Assembly: GCA_030264375.1 (NCBI GenBank)
Contig: JASCQW010000150.1
Location: 22,091,319 to 22,155,318 of the forward strand
Source: Carcharhinus longimanus
Lineage: Eukaryota
Reading direction: 5' to 3'
Length of the DNA stretch: 64,000 bases
This document shows positions 39,770 through 51,376 of the stretch, in pieces. The notes beneath the pieces are model-generated. The model was not told the origin of the DNA, searched no databases, and worked only from the letters and a program-made list of their open reading frames with translations. Position 1 is the stretch's first letter, and every line of letters starts with the position of its first letter. Both the position numbers and the translations under genes were made by a program.

Positions 39770-41760
39770 TCTGTGCCCACTCTCTATCCTAATTGCCTTT
39801 GAGAAAATGGTGGTGAGCAACTTTCTTGAACCGCTGTAATCCATATACTGTGGATATTGCTAGGGAGAGGAATTCCAGTGTTTTGACCCAGTGACAGTGA
39901 AGGAATGGTAATGTAGTTCCAAGTCAGGATGGGAAGACTTGGAGGGCAACTTGCAGGTGGTGTATTTCCATGTACCTACTGACCTTATCTTTCTTGCTGG
40001 TGGAGGTTGTGGGTCTGGCAGGTGCTGCTGAAGGAACCTTGGTGAGTTGCTCAAGTATATTGTATCTATGGTAAGCACTGTTGTCACTGCATCAGTGGTG
40101 AGGGAGTGGATGGGATGCTGATCAAGTGGGCTGGTTTGTCCTGGATGGTGTTGAGCTTCGAGTGTTTTTGCAGCTGCATTCGTCCAAGCAAGTGGAGTGT
40201 ACTCCATCACACTCCTGACTTATGCCGTATAGATGGTGGACAGGCTTTGGGGAGTCAGGAGGGGAGTTACTCACCGCAGGATTCCTAAACTCTGACCTGG
40301 TCTTGTGACCACATCATTTATATGGATGATCCAGTTCGGTTTCAATGGCAACCACCAGCATGTCGATAGTGTGGGATTCAGCAATGGTAATGCTATTGAA
40401 TGTCAAGGGGCAATCTTGTTTTAGATGATCATTGCCTTCCCTTTTTGTGTGGTGCAAATGTAATTTGCTATTTATCAACCCACACTTAAATGTGGTCCAG
40501 GTTTTGTTACACAAGGGCACAGACTGCTTCAGTATGAGGAGTCACGAACAGTGCTGAGATTTATGCAATCATCAGTGACCATCCTCAATTCTGACCATAT
40601 GATGAAGAGAAGGTTATTGATGAAGCAGCTAAAGATGGCTGGGCCTAAGACACTACCTCGAAAATCTCTAGCAATAATGTCCTAGGATTGAAAGATTGAC
40701 AACCATCTTCGTGTTTGGGATGACTTTAATCTGTGGAGGACCATCCACTTGGAATATCTGTCTGAATATGGTTGACTTTTGTTTTGCATTGATTTGCTGG
40801 GCTCTCCAGTCATTGAGGATGGGGGTATTAGTGGAGCTTTCTCCTCCAGGAACTTGTTAAATTGCCCATCACCATTTACAACTAGATACGTCAGGATGAA
40901 GCTTAGCTCTGTTTTTTGCATGCTGTTTACATTGACTGACATGCAAGTAATCCTGTTTCATAGCTTCACCAGGCTGACATTTATTTTTAGATATGCCTGA
41001 TGCATGTGTGTTTCATTCAACTGGCATTGATCTCCTGGCTTGTTGAGAATAGCAGAGTGGGAAATATGTTGGCCAATGAGGTTGCAGGTTGTCATTGTAT
41101 ACCATTCTGCTGATGGCCCACAGTACCTCACTGATGATCAGTTTTGAATTGCTAGATCTGATTGAAGTGTATCCTATTTAGCAAGGTGGTAATGCCACTC
41201 AGTATGATTTAGGACATCCTCAACAAGAAGATGGAATTTGCCTCCACAATGACTGTACGGTAGTCACCTCTACTAATGCTGTCATTGACAAATGCATCTG
41301 CATCAAGTAGATTGGGTAGGTTTTTCTGTATTTTTGGTTGCATCAGCACCTGCTACAGACCCAGTCCAGCAGCCATATCCTTTAGAACTTGCCAACTTCA
41401 TCGGTAGTGGTGCTACCAAGCCACTCTTGGTAATGGACATTGAAGTTTCCTACCCAAAGTACATTACTCATAGCTCGTGCCACCCTCTGATTCTTCCANN
41501 NNNNNNNNAAGTGTTATTCAATGTGGAGAAATACTGATTTGTAAGATGAATGTGGGATGGGGGGAAAGACTGTGGTTTCCTTAACCATGTTTAACCTGAT
41601 GCCACAAGATTCCATAGGCGTCTGGAGTCAATGTTGAAAACTCTCAGCATTACTCCTTGCTGACTGTATGCCACTGTGCTGTCACCTCTGGATGGTTTGT
41701 CTTGTCAGTAGGCCAGGACATATCCAGGGATGATGATGGTGGTGTCTGAGACATCTGTCC
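39770..41760 (-). mobile_element. Degenerate non-LTR retrotransposon, same family as 17610-19585
   Basis: Reverse-complement similarity across the 3' tail and RT region (for example QHLPDPQPPP versus QHLPNPRPLP). Confidence 0.85.
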
Positions 41761-41769
41761 TTTCAGATA

Positions 41770-42350
41770 ACAACATAAATTCTTCTTGAAAGACTTGCTT
41801 GAATCTGCCTCCACCACACTGTCAAGCAATGCATTCCAGATCTTATCCGCGTGCCATGTGAACGTTTTTCCTCATGTTGCCATTTATTTATTTTGCCAGG
41901 CACCTCAAATTTGTGCAATCTGTTCTTGATCCTTCTATTCATGGGAACATTTTTTCCCAATATTACCAGCAAGGGAAAATAATAGTCTCATTATNNNNNN
42001 NNNNNNNNNNNNNNNNNNNNNNNNNNNNNNNNNNNNNNNNNNNNNNNNNNNNNNNNNNNNNNNNNNNNNNNNNNNNNNNNNNNNNNNNNNNNNNCATTAT
42101 AACCATACATACACAACTGGGTGCTTCTATCAACTCTGTCCAGACCCCTCATGATTGCGAATATTTTTACAAAATTTCCTCTCAGCCTTCTTTTCTCCAA
42201 GGAAAGTAGTCCCAACTTCTTCAATCCACATAACTGAAGCTTCTCACCCCTGGAACCATTTCATGATTCTTTCTTGCACTCCAACATCTTCATTTTTTCC
42301 AAAAGAACTGGATGCAGTTGAGATTAATCTAGTTTTCTATACAAGTTTAA
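41770..42350 (-). mobile_element. CR1 LINE 3' fragments
   Basis: KLGLLSLEKRRLRG...IMRGLDRVD in ORF 41991..42224. Confidence 0.75.
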
Positions 42351-43414
42351 CATGAGACAGGATGTTCAGACCTTCCAGCCTGGGGGTCATAAATTCCCAC
42401 CTGAGCTCAACAGACCTTTTAATGGGAAAATGGGAGTAAATCATGTCTGTTTTTCTATAACATACTTACCAAAGCAAATCTCCAACTCAGAGCACTGTAC
42501 AGCAGGGGACAGGGCCTATTCCCACCTAAGAGATCGGCAGCATAGTGCTGAGCGGGCCACTGCACATGTGCCAATCTGTCAGAGCAGAGATCGGTGCATT
42601 CACAGTGGTCCCACATTGCCAGCCTCCCAATCACTGGCCTTCCCGATCACTGGCTAGCTCTGCAACCCTCCCTGCACCCGCCCATCGCTGGCCTACCCTG
42701 ACCAGCCACGATCTCCCTGACCACCACCCTGACATTCCCATTTCCCATCCCACTCTGATGGCCAGTACAGACCACTTCCTCCCTCCCTCCCCACCAAACC
42801 TTTTGCAGAATGGCAGCAGGAGTCTCCCCCAATTCAAATTTCCACATGATAATCAGCTCCGTGCCGATCTCTGGTAGAGTTGATCATGCTAAAAAAGCAT
42901 AGTCTGAAATATGTGTGGAGGCCACAGTGCCCAGCATGAATCCACAAAGCAGCTGCTGCTGATCGCCCCCATCATGTAGGGTGCACCAGTCCTTGGCAAA
43001 GCTCACTTGACTCTCCTACCATGGTAGGCTGGATTCTCGGCAAAAAAAAATTTGCAATGTTCATGCAAAGTGACATCGTAGGCAAGGCAGTGGAGTGTTG
43101 TTGAGGGCTCAGCCTGAATCAACAAAATCTAAAAAGGAAAAAAGGAAATCTATGGAATGAAAAGTGATGAAAAACAGAAATGGATATAAATGGATATAGG
43201 AAAGATCAAGCTAGGAAAGTGAAATCAGTTGGGAAACAAGTAACAAACACCTGACAGAAGGGGATGGTACATGAACACTAATGCATTAAATATAATGGGT
43301 CAGCAGCTTCAGAAACGTGCAAACTACTAATGTAAACTCTAAAGTTTTCATAAAGAAGGCTTAAAGTAATATAAAGCAATTAATTAAACTTTGGCTGCAA
43401 GAACAAAATCTTTT

Positions 43415-43755
43415 TGGATAGTCAGAAGCTTTTTCCCAGGGTGGAAGAGTCAATTACAAGTGGGCATACATTTAAGATGCGAGGAGCAAGTTTTTTTAAA
43501 GAGATCTGTGAGGCAGATTTTTTTTACACGCACAGTGATGGGTGCCTGGAAATTGTTGCCGGAGGAAGTAACGGAAGTGGTTGTGGAAGTGACTTTTAAG
43601 ATGCATCTTGACAAGTACACGAATGAGATGGAAATAGAGGGATATGGTCCCCAGGAGCGTAGGGGGTTTTAGTTAAGTCAGGCAGCATGGTCGGTTAGGC
43701 TTGAAGGGCCGAAGGGCCTGTTCCTGTGCTGTAATTTTTTTTATTCTTTGTTCTT
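43415..43755 (+). mobile_element. CR1 LINE 3' end
   Basis: DSQKLFPRVEESITSGHTFK and tail GAAGGGCCGAAGGGCCTGTTCCTGTGCTGT. Confidence 0.85.
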
Positions 43756-45977
43756 ATACATTAGATTAAAAATAAATATTTTTCCAAGGATTCTTTGCAA
43801 GGTTTCAGATTAATACAAAGATTCCGTATTTTCAGACATATGGTCAAACAGCATGCAAAACTTATAAATACACATATAACTACCAAAGTAAACTGGAAAA
43901 AGGACTTAGACATACATTAATGTTCAATTTTATATCTACAAAGACAGTAAAGTAATCCATGTTATAACAATAAATTGTCTTCCACCAATGGCCTTCTGTT
44001 TCTTATGTTCTTCCCCGATTGATTACACGTGCATAGTACCAATGTTTTTCTATTTTCTAATTTTTAAAAATTTTCTGGTTCATCAATCATATGATAAATT
44101 CTCCAGAAATTAATGTAATTCATCCTGTGAGAATGAAAGGAATTACATACCATCACTGTCTTGAAAGCCATACCTAAAGGAATCCATAATGTCAAAACCA
44201 AGGAATAGATCACAGTCACTTTCAGCTTTTGTTGCCTTTCTAGCAATACCTCAGAAATAATAGGGTAAATTTTAATTTTCTTCTTGTAAAGCACATCCAG
44301 AAAAACAGGTGACATTAATCATAACAGATTGAAAGCATGCTATTATACATCAACCTTACTTGCCAGATATTGCAATTAACATACCCCAATAAATTAATCT
44401 AGAGACTTGGAAACAAAGGGGAGTTGCAGCAAAAGCAGAATACTAGGTATCATGTAGCAGTATTAAAAATGGATTCACATGGAGGCAGCAAGCTAGATGA
44501 ATCTCCAGAGACAGATGTTCACTGGCCATGCTCTCAGGATAGATTAAGTATTATGTTCTACAAATAAAAGTTGATATATTTTGCTTTTTTTTTTAAACAC
44601 GGTTTTGATAATATTGCATGTTTCGCTGGACATGGAGCTATTGCTTAATAAAGATGTGTGTGTATTTATAATAAAACGTATGCCCTTACCCAATTTGACA
44701 AGTCTGAACCCAAATTATATTTAAAGTTGAGACACAGTGCCTAAATAATAGCACATTATATTATGCTCTGTCTGAAGGAACACACAGACTTATATCAGAG
44801 GCATTGGCCATAACTCTCAAAACTTAATTGAGTTTTTCCCCAAAAATGTTCTAGCGTGTGGTGACAGAAAGAAAAAGTCATGTCTTACACAAGGGTATTT
44901 AATACATACATCGACGTTAAAAATGACCTGTATTTACACTAACTAGAATCAATCTTATTTAAATCGACATAATAGGGCAAGTGTATCAACTTCAAAACTT
45001 AAATTTCTCTTACCTGGCAATGCCCCTTTTCAACGTGTACCTAACTGTCATCTTAGGCTTGTTTTATTTAGTGTAGGTGATTTTAAGCTTATTTGACTGT
45101 GAACAATGGCACTTGAGAAACTAAATTACTGGTTGATTTATTTTAGTCAGGTCCTAATCTTAACAAAGTAATTGGTTGAAGTGATGATTTACTGCTTGAG
45201 TGATAATCAATTTGGCCTGTGATTAAGCAATAATATAAATTGTGCCTTCATAGTAATGTAAAAGTAACCATTCCATTATGAACATTAACAGTGACAAGAC
45301 TGCAAGCAGGAAGTGACACCCCGAGTTTTAAAATGGACACTGATTTCAAGGTTAAATCTCAGTGAATCAACAGGTGGAACAATTCATCTCTTTTTGAGAT
45401 ATTAAAATCTATACTGCAGGAAGTACTGGTAAATTTAAATACAATTCATCAAATTGAACTCTTTACCTTTAATTAGAACATCATTCGTACAATCCAGATC
45501 AATAAAACAATTAGTACAACATCTTCCCCAGGGAGAAAATTTGATGTAAAACATTTCTCACCTAGGTCACTCAGTATGCAGAATGCAAAGAAGTTGGCAT
45601 AGATTGTTTATTAAATAATTTCTGTTCAAATGCAAGGAGCTGTGCTGGTTTCTCAGTAATGGGGGCAAAACCTCAGGGAAAGCAAAACATTTTCCACCAG
45701 AGAGGGAGAGAGGAAGTATAGAGGGAAAACCATTTCCTAGTGTTCAGTCAAAACTAGAGATAAAATTAGACAGCACAATTCTAAAATTAGAGCTACACTA
45801 TTTAGGAGTAACATCAAAAAGCACTGTCAAATCTAGATTTCTCATCCCTTCGAGGGGCTTAATGTCCTACTTGTTTCTCTGCTCCTATAGAATGCTACAA
45901 CATAAACAGGCTTTTCTAACTTATGTCAACACTTCTATCTTTTTCACATGAACAACTTAGTGTAATCTCAAATCCAA

Positions 45978-47100
45978 TAGAAACATAGAAACTAGAAGCA
46001 GGAGTAGGCCGTTCAGCTCTTCGAGCCTGCTCCGCCATTCATTTTAATCATAGTTGATCATCAAATTCAATATCCTGAACTCCCCCCTGACCTCCCACCA
46101 TTCCCTATCCTTTGACCCCTTTAGCCCCATCTAATTTCTTCATGAAATCAGACAACGTTTTGCCCTCAACTACATTCTGTAGTAGTGAATTCTACACATT
46201 CACCACCCTCTGGTGGAAGAAATTTCTCCTCACCTCAGTTCTAAAATTTTACCCCTTATCCTCAAACTGTGATCCCTAGTTCTGGACTCCCCTACCATTG
46301 GGGACATTCTATCTGAATCTACCCTGTCTAGACCAGTTGGAATTTTATAAATTTCTATGAGATCCCCTCTCACTCTTCTAAACTCCAGTGAATATAATCA
46401 TAATCCTAACCAACTTGGTCTCTCTTCATATGAAAAAACTGCTATCCTGGGAATCAGCCTGATAAACCTTCACTATCCTCCCTCTATAGCAAGGCCATCC
46501 TTCCTCAGATAAGGACACCAAAACTGCACACAATACTCCAGGTATGGCCTCACCAACGCCGTGTACAAATTGCAACAAAACATCCTATCCCAAGACATAA
46601 ATCCTCCCTTTCTGAAGGCCTACATACCATTTGCCTTCTTTACTGCCTGTTATACCTGCGCACTTACATTCAGCAACTGATGCACAAGGACTCCAAGGTC
46701 TCATTGAGTATCTACCACTCTCAATTTACACNNNNNNNNNNNNNNNNNNNNNNNNNNNNNNNNNNNNNNNNNNNNNNNNNNNNNNNNNNNNNNNNNNNNN
46801 NNNNNNNNNNNNNNNNNNNNNNNNNNNNNNNACTTACATTCAGCAACTGATGCACAAGGACTCCAAGGTCTCATTGAGTATCTACCACTCTCAATTTACA
46901 CCCATTCAAGTAATAATCTGTCTTCCTATTATTGCTACCAAAGAGGATAACTTCACATTTATCCACATTATACTGCATCTGCCACACATATGCCCACACA
47001 CACAGCCTGTCTCAATCATGCTGAAGCATCTTTGCATCCTCTCCACAGCTCACCCTCCCACTCAACTTCATATTATCTGCAAATGTGGAAATAACATATT
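45978..47100 (-). mobile_element. CR1 LINE 3' portion
   Basis: Antisense CR1 tail (TAGAAACATAGAAACTAGAAGCAGGAGTAGGCC) followed by ORF2 C-terminal sequence similar to 12330-13236. Confidence 0.88.
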
Positions 47101-47699
47101 CAGTTCTCAAGCAACTATTAAATTCATTTTTTAAAGAATTATTGACTGTTTCAGTGTATTCAGAGAATTGCAAATTTCAAGCACCTTCCATGTAAAAGAA
47201 TTATTTTCTAATCATCTGCTAATTTTTTTGTGATTACCTCGTTCTGCCACACATTGACTTCCCACTGACCAGTGGAATTACTTTTGCAATATTTACCCCA
47301 TTACAACAACCCTTAGATTTTCTTTATCTTTCCCTGCCCTTGTGGAAATAGCTTAATTCTGGTTTCCTCTTCATTACATGAAACTCAAATTTGTTAGTGA
47401 CCGAGTGATCTACACTGCAACATTTTCATTGATTTTATAGCCCTTCTATAATGTAGTGCTTAAACCTGTAGACAATACTCCACCTGTGATCTAAGGATAT
47501 TATACAAACTCAAAATTATCTGTTTTCTTATAAATTCTAGAAATTTATATATAAAATCAAAAATTTCAAAGTCAAACATTTGACTTTGTGGTTTTATTTA
47601 ATTTTCTATTTAGAACCCTACCATTTAAGGCACAATTCTTTCCATAGTCTTATTTCTAAAATTTACACTTTCTGCATCGAACTGCATCCTCATTTGCAC

Positions 47700-48150
47700 C
47701 ACGTTCCATTCACCCATCACCGCAGTGCTTATGGGCCTATATTGGCAAACAGTTAAGTAAGCTCCAATTTTAATGTTTTCATCCTTGCTTTCATATGCCT
47801 TATGCCTCCATCTCTCAATACCTTTGTAGTCACTCAGTCACTTTAACTTCTTGAGGTATTTGTGCTCCTCTGATTCTGGTCTCTTGAGCATCTATGGTTT
47901 TATTTGCTCCAATATTGATAGCTGTGCCTTCAACTATCAAGGTCATAAAGCTCTGGAATTCTCTCCTTAAACCTCCTCGCTTTTTTTTCCCCCTTTAAGA
48001 CACTCCTTAAAATCTCTCTCTTCGATCAAGCTATTGATCATCTGGCCTAACATTTTCTTATGTAGCTTATTGTTAATTTTATTCAATAATGTAGCTGTGA
48101 AGTTTCTTGGGACATTTAACTATATTATATTTATATAAATATAAATTGTT
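47700..48150 (+). mobile_element. L2-like LINE 3' fragment within older antisense CR1 remnants
   Basis: CTCTGGAATTCTCTCC...TTTAAGACACTCCTTAAAA...CTCTTCGATCAAGCT, typical of L2 3' ends. Confidence 0.55.
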
Positions 48151-49334
48151 GCTGCGTCATCTATCCACCACCGACTTTGTCTCTGCTCTCCTGCAATCTT
48201 TCATAATTCTTATTGGAATCTGTTATATCTTTTTAGTACCAATTTAGTGTGATCAGTTAATCAATATTGTTCTCCCAATCATTTATGATATATAAAATAA
48301 CAGCAGCCTCAACAAAAACCACTGTGGAACATTACTAACCACATATTTCAGGACAAAGAAACTGCATTCTATCTACCTTTGTTTTCTGCCTTCAACTATT
48401 AATTTTATGTGCCACTGTGTTGTGACAAATTTCCTATATGGGGGTTTATCATTTTTTGTCAATTCCTTTTACTTCTTCAAAGTATTTTGTAATATTAGGC
48501 TAACATTGCAAAATGTCTGTGCTGACAAACCCTTAAGTAACTTCCACACCCAAACAGCTAATAAATTTTATTTTTAATCAACAAGTAAAACTAAAAAACT
48601 TGTTATTTCCTGCCTTATCGCTCCCTGGTCTTCCAGCATAATTTGGCTTTCCATAAAATTTTGTAAAATGTTGTCAGAAACTTCTTTTTCCCAACTCTCC
48701 TCAGGATCCTTGGATATAAACCAACTAGGACAAACATAAGTTTGAGCAAATTTTGTAATATTTCTTTTTAAGCAGCAACTTTTGCTGTTTGTCATCCATA
48801 TCAAGTGATACTACAACCTTCAAAATCCATCTCCATGAAAATTAAGATAAAATACTTTTTTAGTTACTATCTGTGTCATTTTGCAATTCACAACCAACTT
48901 TCTACATTTACCTTTAAGTAGCCCTATTACTATTTTGGCTGTCTGCTGTTCACATGCCTACTATTTGTTGCACTTTGTTTTGTTGCCAATTTCTGCTCAT
49001 GCTCCCTCTCAGCTTTTCCAATTTCCCTGTTTGTGAGTTTCCTATATTTTTATGCCTTAATCTTCCATTTTGACAGCTAGATGTTAAAAGTTTCATATTT
49101 GATTTAATTTCAGTTCATCCACGAAACCCCTGCCTTTATTACACTTTCCCCGCATAGGAATATACTTGTGATTTGTACCTCTCCCCTCTCCAGTTTACAG
49201 ATTTTCCATTGCTGGCCTATGAATCTGTTTGCTTACTTTTCCTTATAGTTAGTTTGGCTAAGAGGCGTTAGTTTTTTTTTCCCCCAGTCAGGTACTACCC
49301 TCATCCTATTCTTATATGGAATCAAACATATTTC

Positions 49335-49770
49335 ATACTTCAGTTATGTGGATAGGTTGAAGGAACAGGAACTCTCTCCCTGGAGAAGAACAGGTTGAAA
49401 GAAGATTTGATAAGGATATTCAAAATCATGACAGTATTTAGGAAGATACTATTCCCATTAAAAAAGGATCCAGAATCAGAGGACACCAACTTATAAGTAA
49501 TTGGCAAAAGCAGCGACAATATGAGAAAATACTTTTTTTAAATATAGCAGTGGTTAGGATCTGGAATGCACTGCCTGAGTGTGTGGTGGAGGTAGATTTA
49601 ATAGAGGCCTTTAAAGAGACAATTAGATAATTATCTAAAGAGAAAAAATAATGCAAGTCTACAGAGAGAGGGGGAGGGAGTGGTTGTGCGTGTGATGCTC
49701 ATGTAAAGAGCTGGTCCAGACATAACAGTCTAAACAACCTCCTTCTGTAAAGTAACCATCTATGACTTTA
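49335..49770 (+). mobile_element. CR1 LINE 3' fragment
   Basis: Similar to 14500-14880 and 15460-15800. Confidence 0.75.
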
Positions 49771-51173
49771 CATTCTGGTTCCCAAAAGCGTCCCTCCTAC
49801 AATATCACATAGAAAGCCAAGAAGCACCACTTTTAGAATGTGGAAGTTTATGGAACACTAAATTCTCTGATTCCTCCGCTTGGAGCAATGCTTCTTGCAG
49901 ACAGCTCATTTTAGTTTGGAATATTGTCTTTTTGAGAGAGAGGATTATGGGGAGTATATGCACAGGATGCAGAAGCATATTACACATCAAACATTTGGTT
50001 ATCATGAAAGCACTCAATTTGCTCAAAAACGTTTTCTGCATTTTACATAACTTAACTTCTTTTCAGAAGTTGTCCTAGAGTCAAATTAATGTCCTGACTC
50101 TGGGCTGGGCTGGGCTGAATATTAACATTGTACAAATTTATTTCACTTAATAAGATTAGAATTTATCTTCCTGGCTGTCTTAAGAATTGTTGCATCAGAA
50201 GTAGGCACTTGCTGTTCAAAACATTGATACGAGTTGACAAATATGATCACTTTTGGTTATGATTTGGTAACAGCAATGTTATTACATATATAGCAGGCCA
50301 CAAAAACATGGCAAACTTTCTCAAATCTATGAAGACAAAAATAACAAAATATAATTGATGCATCTCAGATATTCTCCAAACTCAATAAAATTCTTGAGAA
50401 CCCCTGGGGTCAGATCTTCCCATCAGTTGATGCTGTGTGCATCGCCAATGATCGTAAAGATTTCTGTGCCCTGATCTTTTTGCAATAGATCATTCTAGCC
50501 ATATGGACGAAAGACTGACAAGCGCAGGAGATGATGGGCAAGGAAAGTACACATCCTCTTTTTACAATGTAAGCTACCAAATTCAGGTAAGTTTTTTTAA
50601 AGTTTCAAGTCTTTCATTGGGTTAGTGATTGAATGAGTGAGTAAGTGATTGGGCAAGGAGCGAGTGAGCAAGTACTCAGTTGGGTCAGGGATGGGAAAGT
50701 GTTGGGTCATTTTGAGCAGGGATTGGGCAGGTTGGATCAAGAGTATGGTATTCGGAGAGTTTGTTGGTTCAGGACAGGTTATTAGAGGGTGGCGGGGGAA
50801 GGGGCTGTCAGTCGTAGTGCTCAGTTAAGTTATGCTAGCAATTAACCAGTGTAACATTTCCAGAGTAATTATGCAGATACGTGGTGCATTTCTGCTCTAA
50901 GTCTCTGACACCAAGTTCAGAAATTCTGGCACTGAAAATTTTTAGAGATTTAACAGAAATTTAAACTTCCCAGATAACTTCAGCTTATTTGTTGCATCAG
51001 AACTTCACCAAGTCCTCATGTGCATGTCCCAACTTAAAATTTGAATTTTGGTGAAATGAGCACCAGAAGATTTGAGCTAAGATATTTTCTTCAACAGAAA
51101 CTAATGGGGGGTCATATATCCAGAATACAAGAAAGGTTCTGTTATGTTTGGCTTGCTGTGCCAACATATCAGA

Positions 51174-51376
51174 ATGTAGATATGCCTGCGTTGGACTGGG
51201 GTGGGCACAGTAAGAAGTCAAACAACACCAGATTAAAGTCCAACAGGTTTATTTGGTATCACGAGCTTTCAGAGCACTGCTCCTTCATCAGATGAATGAT
51301 GAGGAGCAGCACTTCAAAAGCTCATGATACCAAATAAACTTGTTGGACTTTAACCTGATCTTGTGAGACTTCTTAT
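51174..51376. mobile_element. Penelope-type palindromic terminal repeat
   Basis: Same asymmetric inverted architecture as 16354-16561. Confidence 0.75.
51259..51295 (-). ncRNA. Minimal type I hammerhead ribozyme motif, sense to the UNC13A pre-mRNA
   Basis: UCAU-CUGAUGA-A-GGAGC(AGU)GCUCU-GAAA-GCUC-GUGA: intact core, putative CUC cleavage triplet. Confidence 0.6.
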
